Under the pieces are notes generated by a model, which was given only the letters and a program-made list of their open reading frames with translations, ran no database searches and was not told the origin of the DNA. A stretch of DNA of 64,000 bases. It comes from Phoronis australis. Its lineage: Eukaryota > Animalia > Phoronida. A program made the translations under genes and the position numbers. Location: contig NMRA01000011.1 in the NCBI GenBank assembly GCA_002633005.1, positions 842,855 through 906,854 on the forward strand, written 5' to 3'. Shown here piece by piece: positions 1 through 10,940 of the stretch; position 1 is the first letter of the stretch; every line of letters begins with the position of its first letter.

Positions 1-28
1 TAACTTTACCAATCACAATATTACTCAC

Positions 29-151
29 GCAGATGAGTGAGATTGAGCAGTGCCCCCATGGCATTACGCTGAATGCGCACATCACGTGACCGAGTGAGAC
101 CCAGTAATGGCTTGACAGCTCCTGCCTTGACAATAACGTGTTTGTTGGCAT
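29..151 (-). CDS. Vac8-like gene exon, ARM repeat ([41 protein letters not shown])
   Basis: 123 nt, cag| acceptor and |gtgagt donor, phase 1/1, open frame, ARM consensus. Confidence 0.9.
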
Positions 152-959
152 CTGGAATGTGAATTCACTAAGGTAAAACATCAAAAATTCAATTTTGTCA
201 TATTTGGATACTTATGAAGTTGCATACATCTGTAACTGAACACTTCAAAACATCCAATTTGTCGTTGCAGCGTGAATGCGACATTCTTCATCAGTATCAT
301 AACATGGAGTTTCTGATAATAAGCCCCACCTGGGTATAATTCAGAAAATGGCTAATCATTATCGTATTTTGGGAGTTTGAAAATCAGGTTATTGACCTCT
401 GTCAGCGAAAGTCAACAACTGCATAACATAGGCAATTTTTCAAATTATATGTACCCTTTGGGGCTCATATGAAATTCCTAGTACAAATAGTGTTGAAGAA
501 AGTGACTTGCAAAAAAACTATGAATGTTTTGGGAAACCCTACAAACTTCACAAATTTCAATTAAAATGGTTCTGAAAGTAAGACCACAACCTTATATTTG
601 GAAAATTTCCACTTGCACAAATTCCTGGAATCAATTAGCAGAATGTCTATAGAGAACAGAAATTGTGAGAGATGAAGGTCAACTAATAACTTCATAGGAA
701 ATTGTCTCCCATGAGATGCCAAATATATAGGTCATGAATGTAGATCAAACAGATCGATATAACACTCTAGAGAGAGTCACAGTACAGTGTTCACTTATCT
801 GAACACAGTCATGGTTTACTTGGTGAAATATGCTGCAAAGGATCTATGCCATGTACATCGCGTGTATCGTAAATACGAGGGATTATTACTATTTCAAACA
901 GTCCCACTAGAGGGAGTAGTGCTAGTAAACTAGAGGGTGCGTAACAAGTTAGCAATGCT

Positions 960-1900
960 CTCCTCAACTTGAACACACCAGCCAAGATCGTAAAAAAAAT
1001 AAATCTGACACTACGAGGCACAGCAGTAGAAAGATATGTCCAAAAGTAATTGTTATCCGTTCTCATCCTCAGGGTGGTGGATGCGAAAGAAAACACAACT
1101 GCCACTAGGGGGCGCCAAAGTAGTCCAACATGTCCAAATATCATTGTCAGTCATGTTGTGGCCAGTAAGACCACATCTTCCAATTCTTAAACTGGTTTAT
1201 CCAAATGTGACGGACACCAAAAAAACAAACTTGAAAATCCATCTGAAAACAGGCACATGTCATCACCTCTTTAATATATAACAATATGCAAAATTTCAAA
1301 AAAAAAATCCATAACCGAAAGATACAGATGAAAATGGAAAAAATAAAATAAAATTGCCATTTGGGGGCACAGCGTTCATCGGATCTGTCTGAAAGTTGTC
1401 ATGTTGTCAACTTCATATAAAGATCCTGCAGAGGCTTTAGGAGATTCAGCCATGGATGCAAAAAAAAAACTGCCAATAGGAAGTGCAGTCTGAAAATCTT
1501 CGTCAGCTGTCCTCTTCACAGTAGGAACGTATATGCCAATTTTCAAAATCATCCTTAGAGTGGTTTGGCTTTGAGCAGAGGATGCCAAAAACAGACTAAA
1601 AAACTAAAAATAGCCACTAAATGGCATCAAATACCTCAAATCTATCCAAAACTTGGCATCATCCTACTAACAATACCTATATTTCAAATTTTATGAAAAT
1701 TCAATAAGGATGTCCAAAGATACAGACAGGTAAACGGAAAAAACTAAAATTGCCACCAGGAGACATAAAATTCACTCATGCCATCTCATCCATCAAAAAA
1801 ATATCTGCAAAATTTTATGAACAACATCCAAGGGTTTTGGAGATAGAACACAAGACGCTGGAGAGACAGGGATAACAGTAAAATACATCGACACATTTAT
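960..1900. repeat. Dispersed composite repeat with internal ~130-250 bp subrepeats (gccactagggggcgcc / aaattt..tgaaaatcc motifs)
   Basis: Motifs recur at 1101, 1356, 1612, 1752 and in related copies at 21100-23100, 25650-25770, 28100-28320, 53960-54500; boundaries approximate. Confidence 0.55.
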
Positions 1901-2708
1901 ATGAAGCAGATTGTGTGTACTTATTAACATATTCATTAACATATTCATTAACTTAATGAGGTGTCACACCAACACACCAACTTCCAAACAAAGACTCCAC
2001 TTTAATTTCCCAACGTCCAAACATATCGTCTACAGATAGTGTCCAGACATAGCTGCCATAAGCAAGGGTCAGCATTTTATGTTGTCATGAAGGTATGTGA
2101 CAAATGCATTCCAAGATCAACCACAATATTACAGCAGAAAAATAAAAAATAACCAATTTTCTTGTAAAAATGTTCTAAGTACAAACCACACGAGTCAGTG
2201 CCCCTATGCAGTTTACCAGATCAATCATACTTCGATGGGGTTCCCAAGTTTTGATGACAGACGTTTAATAATAACAAGCAATCAATAAACCATGGGTGAT
2301 TAAGATGCAGCACCGGGATCTCATTACTAACATACCAGCCAGCAGACACTTCCAGACTTGAACTTACACAAGAGTTAAAGAGAAACAAGACAAACAAGGC
2401 TGGGGTGATATTTCAACAAAGCTATTAACTGCCAAGTGCAAAACAATTAACATCAAATGTGGCGTGACGTTCACATTTTATGATTAATTAAATTATCCAT
2501 GACAAACATAAAGTTTTAAATTGATAGTCTCAGGCCTACTTCCTTATTAGCAAGCATAAGCGGACAATCAGAAAACAATGTTGATCAAATGTACCCACAG
2601 TTCAGTTAACATCCTCCATCAACTTTTCAACAATTTCATGAACGCGGATGTTCTCAAGCGTCGTTTTATGTTTGCATGCCAATATTTCAGTTTCATAATA
2701 TATATATA

Positions 2709-2845
2709 GTATCACATAACACACCCATATCACATCATCCACCGACAGGCAGAGTGGTGATATAATGATATAAAGTATCACATAACAAGCCCATACCATA
2801 TCACGTCACCCACCAGCAGTAGCCAGAGTAGAGATACTGGTATAA
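2709..2845. repeat. Two copies of the Vac8 exon-end/donor-derived tandem unit
   Basis: Near-identical to 4257-4370. Confidence 0.85.
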
Positions 2846-4256
2846 ACGCATGTGGAGATGAATTTCTTAGGTACACTGGTCACCCCTCTGATTCCCTAAG
2901 CCCCAGACAACTTATATGATGGCTATTCAGCACGCCCTTTGTATTGATGTATATCTGAGCTAATGAAGCAGAAGGTAATAGCTAGCACTACTTTCTTAAC
3001 AATGGTGGTTGTTATTACGCCCAAATTGTTTTTCTCTGGCATTTGCACAGAGTTAAAGCCTGCAATGTGGAGAGTAGTTTTAACTTAGTACATTTTAAAC
3101 ATTACAAAAAGACTAAAAAGTTAATTTGCTTTGATCTTGACAAGGTCCATTTCCCAATGGAACGTTGGTTTTAAATATGTTTCATACCCATTTTCATTAC
3201 TTTATTTTTAATACTCCTGTCTACTTGTTTTTTTTTCATACTGATTAGGGTTGCTATGTTTTTATTTTGTGTTTAAACGAAATATCAAAACAATTTAGAA
3301 GTCAGTTAATTGTGAACCCACCCCGACTTTTCCAGATTACAGCTACACCAAACATGTCACAGCCAACAAAACTATACGTGCCATTAGTTATATATACATA
3401 AGCGCAAATATGGTGATAACCAAACTAAGGATTTGGAGCCTCTGGACAATTTTGGTTGCAGTAACTACATAACTATTCTAGCTTTTCCTCAGTCACAAAA
3501 AATGAAATCACAGCTCTTGCCCACCGACCAACCTCATCCACTGCTTGCATTCTCTCGTTGACTACAAAGCTAGCCATCTTAGTTGTCTTCACACGTGTTT
3601 TATTACAACTACAAGCTAACTATCAAAATTGGTACATTTCCGCGAATATCAGTTGTCCGGTTAGTGTACTTCTCCACGAGAAAAGTAGTTCGGCATGCAC
3701 TGGACCATAAGCGATGTTTTAAAAGTTATTGACATCTAATTTAGTCACTGTGTGTTGTTTATAGATGTTTCAATGTAGCTTTGTTGTATATTTAAAGAAT
3801 AATCCACGCGATATTGTTAACTCTGATCAGTGTTTGTAAATCCACCGAGTATATCGATACGCACAGTCGTTTATCTTCAATCGTACCCAATGTTCGTAGT
3901 TTTTAGCTTAATAGATCATCGATTTTTAAAAATTGAAAACCAAATTTGGATGTTTTTTCCATCTGAATTCCGCTGTGGTATTTGTTTTTATGAAAACTGC
4001 TGGTAAATGCATTTTGAAAATTCGCCAGTATGTACAGGCAGAGATGTTTACTACAGTTTATGGTCGGGTAATTACACTTAATTGGGTCTTACTTGCACAG
4101 GATAATGCGGTCGTCGCAAATGAGTCTGACTCTGGCGCCGCGCTCTCTTTGATCCTGGTAAAAGCCGCTCAGAAGGACGAGAGGTGAAAAGTCACGCATA
4201 TCTTTAGAAATGCGTGACTTTCGTGGTAAGCGCATTAGTCAGGGCATGGAGATCAG

Positions 4257-4650
4257 GTATCACACAACAAGCCCATATCATTTCATCCACCGACAGGCAG
4301 AGTGGTGATATAATGATATGAAGTATCACATAACAAGCCCATATCATGTCACATACCGACAGTAGCCAAACTAGAAAAATTAATGCTGTCAAGTATCACA
4401 TAAGCCCATATCACGTCATTCACCGACAGCAGCCAGAGTAGAGGTATTAATGATACAAGGTATCACATAACAAGCTCATACAACGTAACCCACCGCCAGC
4501 AGCCCAAGAAGACATATTAATGATATCAAGTATCACATAACAACCCCATATCACTTCACCCACTGACAGTTGTCAGAGTAGAGATATTAATGATATCAAG
4601 TATCAAATATCAAGCCCATATCACGTCACCCACCGACAGTAGCCAGAGTA
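4257..4650. repeat. Minisatellite (~66-70 bp x6) derived from the exon 4634 donor junction
   Basis: Unit gtatcacataacaagcccatatcacgtcacccaccgacagtagccagagtag...; last copy is the real exon end. Confidence 0.9.
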
Positions 4651-4756
4651 GTGAGACAACCACAACAGTTGCACTGTATGTCGACATTCTTCGTGCTTAG
4701 CAGACGGACGAGAGGCTTGACAGCACCTACAGACATAATGACGTCTTTGTTGGAGT
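4634..4756 (-). CDS. Vac8-like gene exon, ARM repeat (DSNKDVIMSVGAVKPLVRLLSTKNVDIQCNCCGCLTTLATV)
   Basis: 123 nt, cag| and |gtgggt, phase 1/1; lies in ORF 4626..4808. Confidence 0.9.
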
Positions 4757-5817
4757 CTGTAACAACATAGGAGCGTGATAGGAACGTGCTGAAGCCATTA
4801 ACAGGCATAAAGTGACATTGTTATAAAAGACAACAACATGATTTTTCATCAACCTAGTCGAATATGAAAAACAAGGGTAGGGTGAGAACACATCGACCAG
4901 TTGCTGACAGTCTGACAATGCAGTCTAATTTTTCTATAGTTCCAGAAATCAAATATATAACCAACAGTTTTGTATTGATTGAAAGAACATATGTATTAAC
5001 AGTTCACATGACCTATCTCTTGGTAAAAATACGATTACTGACAAATTGCTTGACAAGCATAGTCAAGTGAATCAGGTACCACCGTCATTTGCTGCACATT
5101 TTACCGGCATACTGTTTTGATGGATTTGCTGTTCGTTTCCTAAGCTGGTTAAATTATTGGTTACTGACAACATTTGAAGCAGTATTTCCCTTGCCATAAT
5201 ATGAAAATCAAATTAGGCTTTTTATTTAGATGAAATCTGTCTCATGATATTCCTTATTGTGATAGCATTTCATTTTCGCTACTAATAAGAACATCGAAGC
5301 CATCACCAACTCAAGAAAACGCTTGAGAGTTTATTGTGTTGGTCAAACCTAAAACGGCGAATTCGAAAATGGCGCAGGCATGCAATTGCCTGTCAATGTT
5401 CTTCACAGCTTTTTGGTAATTTCTTATGCAAACCAGGACATTTCGGACGTTTGGCACCAGTTCAGTGCATTTACTCAAAGGCTTAACACGGAAACATAGT
5501 ATGGATATGGTCTTTTGAACACGTTCATGACTTTTGGAACTCTAGTTGGGTTTTGGTTTCGCTCTTCACATAAGGAATATGACAAGACCAATTTTATAAT
5601 ACTAAAAGACCAAAGTTTGATTTTCGATTTTAGCCAGTTTTAGCCACCTGAACAGGATGCATCTTTAAAACTTAAAATGAGAAATGTTTGAACAATAAAT
5701 AGTCTAAAATAATGTGCTCACAATCGAGCAGTGAATCATCGTGCCGTCCACACCCATATATCTGAACGTATATTGTGACTGAATCTGAAATTTGCAACTA
5801 AAATACAAAACTATGGA

Positions 5818-6040
5818 AGAGGAAGTAGTGTGGATTGCTTCCTTTGCTCAAGGATTTGGGTTTGAGTCCCACAAGGGCGCGCTGCTAGACCCTTCAGTCA
5901 GGTCACTAGCTCCTCAGATCGGTTTTATATACATATTAAATAAAACATAAAAATGGTTCCTGATGATCAGTGTAATGGGCACACCCGAGAGGCCTACGCA
6001 CGTCTGGTACAACACGTACCATATCGTCTGCAATTATTTT
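5818..6040 (+). mobile_element. tRNA-derived SINE, copy 1 (degenerate head)
   Basis: Alignable by eye to 18260-18500 and 58591-58826; B-box-like ggtttgagtccc. Confidence 0.75.
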
Positions 6041-6527
6041 TTATGAAACTGCAAGAAGTGACAACAGTTATACTGAGAGGACAGATTCCTCGTTCACACA
6101 GACAAAAATTCTTCCTACCAACAAACGTTTTCAGGTACTCCCATCAGCTTGCATTCTCAAAACTAACGTTGTGACCATGCAAAGTACCGTATTCGTATTA
6201 TTAACCAGGAAATTATTTCCACCTGGGACAGCTATTTATCAAATGGATCAGTCTATTCAAATCAGAAAGTCTGGTAATCATTGCATGAATGAGGACTCGA
6301 GACAATTCAACCTCGACAGTTCTTACAATTGCACACTAGTCAACCAATCTGAGTTGTCAATCATCGGTGTGACGTCACACGCCCCAACCCAACACAAAAT
6401 TAGTTTGAGAATGGATGACGACGAGAGTAGGTACGTAAAATTTTCATCTGTGCAAAAAAGAACCCATCCTCGCATTGTATCTACCAGATGGATTATTAAA
6501 TAATTTCATAACAAATATATTCAAGTT

Positions 6528-6683
6528 CAGGGCTGAGTTGCATAAAGCTTCAAAAGTTATCCGCTGGATAAGTTAAATTGTTGCATGACGTCAGGTGCAT
6601 TGTTCAACAATAACAACGTGACGCGTGATAATGCGACGTCATTGTTGCTATACAGCGTATAACTTTTGTGCAACTGGGCCCTG
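6528..6683. mobile_element. PIF/Harbinger-type MITE
   Basis: Imperfect TIR cagggc(t/c)(g/c)agttgca(t/c)aaa at both ends. Confidence 0.65.
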
Positions 6684-7440
6684 ATACGTTTCATCTTTCA
6701 GACATTGATATCTTTTTATTTTTAAATTATGTTTATGTTAGATTATGAGGTGTGAGTTTAATAGGCAATTAATTTTCTACTGTGTAATAACTGTTAAATT
6801 CTTCACTTTGAACTAAGTGTGAATCGTGTTGTCTGTTCAGATTACGAACCACTGAAGACTGCTTAGCAACAACCACTAAAGACAAACACATAAAAGAAAA
6901 AAGTCACAAGCTCAAAAGGATTAATAAATATCCTGGAAGCTTGCGTGAAAATAGTTAAAACCCAGCCTTCCAAATTTTATGTTCCGATGTTGCAAGAAGA
7001 CACGGAGGCCAGAGGCAAAATGGGATTTGTAGAAAATCTTTAATTTTCTACCTGCACCTGTCAGTTGACTTCAATGTTGTATTTGTGCCCAGAAGCATTT
7101 CATAAAATCTAACGTCCTCATGAAATGCAATCCTTAATTACATATACTGTTGCACGACACATGCCTAGAACATAACTGAATATTTCCTGTCCAGGTTTTT
7201 TAGTAACTAGGAACACAGACACCAGTTTGTAGAGGAAGCATGATCGTGAATCATATCACCCGAGTACCATAGGTGGGGTGACGGTTCAGTGGGGGGGGGG
7301 CGAAGTCATCACACTCATTTGGGCAAAAGTTGTAATAAATATTTCTGGGGATAATTTGTAAATACAAAATTAAAAGTTTACTAGAAGTGTGCCATGTATT
7401 TGGTCAATTTCTAGCCAACTTTCGCATAGAGATTAGATCC

Positions 7441-8716
7441 AGGGCCCCATGCCCAACTGCATGAAACAGTCCCAAATAGAGACCCAACTAAGTCCCTACA
7501 TCGTTTGCATATTTGTGTTGCTCTTTACTAACAGATTTACTGTATTTGCCCTAATAAGCACCTGGGCGCTTAGAAAATTTTTTTCCACGGGGCCCTTATT
7601 ATAACCTAAGGCAGTTGAAACCCAGTCTCCGTAAAAATACAGTTTCGACTCAACAACTTATCTGAAATCCTCCCTTAAGTTTTAGAATAGCGAATCTAGG
7701 ATTTTTAAGTTCCTGTAGAGTAGGAGTTAAGAGCAGGTTAAGTTCAAATTCTACGCAATATTGTACTCCGCAACATGAGAAAAATCTGGACGAAAACCTC
7801 GGAACATGCAATCATGTTGTCATCACGTGACGTTTGTTGTGACTGGTATGTAGCACGCGCTTCATGGCCACGTGCTCTTAACAACAAACTTTTTTTTCGC
7901 GAGACAGTCATCAGCTGAGTGAGTACCAGTCTTCGATTCACGGTTTTCAGGTGTACAAAGAAATTTGGAATCCTGTTGAGGGAGAAGAATTAGGAACTGT
8001 ATGTGAAAGCTTCAATCCCATTGACAAGTACACTGTGTCTGTTCAGAAAGGCCAGACCATAGTGGGACACGTCCCTCACGACTTCAGCAAAACTGTTGGC
8101 AATGCGTTCTTTTTGAAGCACGGCAGAAGCTTGAATTTTATAGTCACCGCCTAAATACTGACATACCGGCGAGGTTGGTGGTCTTGAAATTCCGTGTACA
8201 ATGACTTTTTCAGGACAACCGATCTTGTTGATAAACTGAAGACATTACTAGAGAATTTTAAGACTGTATTAAGTTGTTTTTTGTGTGTACACATTCATGG
8301 ACTGGGCACTTGCTTCAGCAAAGACTTGAAAACGCGTAGGAGGGGTGCTTATAGGGGTGCTTATTAGGGTGAATACGGTAATATTTTTCTAATCATTTTA
8401 TTTTTATTATGAACTCCTCTGTTACTTATGACATTTTCTAATAACATTAGCTAAAAACTCAGTCCATTGTTCAGCAATAATAAATTAGGATTTAGTCCTT
8501 AAATTAAGGGCATTGCATGAAAAGATCCCAACTTATTTTCAATAATTTTGAGAATTCAACATAGGGTTGACTCTTTATTTGCATCAAATCCAAAAATTGA
8601 CTAAGTAATGAAACTAAAACAGCACAATAAAGGAAAACCAGTGTTTCTCACAAGTAAACAAACATGCAGATTTAGGAACTTGAGTCCCTATTTAGCGCTG
8701 TTTCGTGCAACACTGC
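7441..8716. mobile_element. Old Harbinger-like MITE hosting a nested element
   Basis: Degenerate inverted ends tgcatgaaacagtcccaaatagagac / gtccctatttagcgctgtttcgtgca. Confidence 0.5.
7540..8378 (+). mobile_element. Tc1/mariner(pogo)-type non-autonomous element carrying a decayed HIRAN-like fragment
   Basis: TIR c(t/c)gtatt(tg/ca)ccctaataagcacc flanked by TA both sides; internal VYKEIWNPVEGEEL...NPIDKYTVSV...IVGHVP and later GLEIPC. Confidence 0.8.
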
Positions 8717-9188
8717 ACTAACGTTTGGGGTGTAATCAGCCTGAACTCAAAACAGTTTCCTGTTCGTCTGCAACACTATTAACAAGCAATCAACAAACAA
8801 CCTGCGTTGACCTTCAATACTAAAGTTTTAATTAACGCAGTGCTCGAAATTGTAAACTTAAAATCAGAGCCATGTTATTTATTTTCATCCCTGTTCTCGT
8901 CTGGATATGATTTGCGTTATTTCACTGGTGACTTTATTGTCATTATGACAATGCAAAATGCATCATACACAAAAAAGCATATGCTTATCAAACACATCAG
9001 AAATTGCATAACTACGGTAGTTTCGAACAGTTTGTGGTCACCTTCACTTCAGGTTCCGCATAGGAACCGAAATTCTCCGCATAAAAGACACGGGCAATTG
9101 CTCTTCAATGCACAAAGATAAAAAGTAATAGGTCTTTGAATGTCAGTTAATGAAAATGAAGCTTTTGAAGGCTGCATTGCTTACTTAC

Positions 9189-9308
9189 CGGGGCCATTGA
9201 GTGCAAAGTTACTGAGTGCAAGAGAGGCAGCCTTCTGTATATTTGTGTCTCGGGACGTGAGCAATGTCAGCAGGGGCTCCATCATAACGGCAGTAACTGG
9301 TGAGGTCA
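9189..9308 (-). CDS. Vac8-like gene exon, ARM repeat (MTSPVTAVMMEPLLTLLTSRDTNIQKAASLALSNFALNGP)
   Basis: 120 nt, tag| and |gtaagt, phase 1/1. Confidence 0.9.
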
Positions 9309-10388
9309 CTAGAGAATGAGGACAACGATCAACTACTTATGAAACATCATATGTTGGAAATATTTTTGTAGTAATTTCTTAAGTGTTCAACAAGCAAATA
9401 TTAAGAAAAGACAAATGACGACAAATGAAAAAAGACAATTTCCACAAAGCTCAAAAAGACTCGCTCAAGTTACATTCCGTTATTGATTCCACTGTACCCT
9501 CTGTGACTAGAGTACCCAGTACATGTTGAATGTTACATGCAGTTATGGACTTCACCATTTCCCTTTGGCTTCGCTATCTATTTTATTTATAACTATATAT
9601 GTTAACTTTGCGCATGAAGCAGAACACAACCAATGAGCATGTTTACATAGCCAGTAAAACTGATTTCATCTCTGACTATTCACTCAGCCTACATTGCTGC
9701 ACATCACCTCTGTAAAGACAAATAGTTCTGATTGTAGTGAACTCGAATTACTAGCAGATCTAGGATGATGACAGAGGGACAAGCAACTACATGTTCGAAA
9801 GGAAAAGATCCTAAAATGGGCTAGCCGATGGCTATTCTTCCTCATTTTTTGCCATGTCCGTAGAAATGTCTGCCTAACATATACCAAACAAATAAAATGG
9901 GATAATTTTTTGATTATTTCTGCCAAGAATCATAACTCAGCAGTGTGAATACACACACATAATATGTCTGATATAAAGAAAACAGGTATTTTTTAAACAG
10001 AAGACATTAACAGACGCCTTCAATCTGGCTTATGTTTTGAAAAAAAGATGATAATTCTGCATTTAGTTGGTCTCAACAAACGGCAACATGTCTTTTTATG
10101 GCTAGAGATTTTAAGGATCTCTGCCCACCTCGCCATCTGTTGACTAGAAATGTAGGTGTAGGTTCTCTGGTTTCATTGCTTGGTTTTATTTAACTGGTTA
10201 CCCACAATCCACTGCAGAAACCCACAAATCACTAACCGTATAAAGATCGACATACACTCAACAAGTTACATGGTATATGCCAAGGGAACTACAAATTCCA
10301 CGTCGCCATGGCAAAGATAAAAAATTTATTTAATTCTAAAGCGTATGCACCAAATTCTGATCTAAGAATTCACAAAACTATCACTCAC

Positions 10389-10511
10389 TTTTTTCACTGA
10401 ATTCTGCGTAGCACAGTGCTGCCGACTTCTGTAGTTCTGGGTTGTCAGAGTATGTTAAAATACACAGGGCCCGAAGTCTTTCCTCATTAATACTGGGCTT
10501 CTCTTCCATTT
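10389..10511 (-). CDS. Vac8-like gene exon (EMEEKPSINEERLRALCILTYSDNPELQKSAALCYAEFSEK)
   Basis: 123 nt, cag| and |gtgagt, phase 1/1; matches Vac8 ARM1 motif. Confidence 0.9.
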
Positions 10512-10599
10512 CTGCAAAGGAAATTGAACAAGCTTATAGCACACATCTACACCTTCATTTTAGTTCTACCAGAAGATAGGAAATGCACAGTCTTGAATA

Positions 10600-10940
10600 G
10601 CTGTCCTTCATGGTTATATATTACTGCACCTATATTCAGAGAGACAGAAAAGAATGCCTTCATGATCCTTCATGATCTTGTATTACTGCACTTGTATGTA
10701 TACATCACTGCCCTTCAAGACAATACAATACTGCACATGTATACTGGGAGACTGATATGTATACATCACTGTCCTTCATAATATGTTACTGCACATGTAT
10801 ACTAGGAGACAGATATGTATACATCACTGTCCTTCATGATAATACATTACTGCACATGTATACTGGGAGACAAAAGTGTATACATCACTGTCCTCCATGA
10901 TCATACGTTACTGCACATGTATACGGTACTAGGAGACATA
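10600..10940. repeat. Minisatellite ~58-60 bp (tactgcacatgtatactgggagac...catcactgtccttcatgat), further copies at 11630-11780
   Basis: Direct reading; array split by unrelated ~0.7 kb sequence. Confidence 0.85.
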
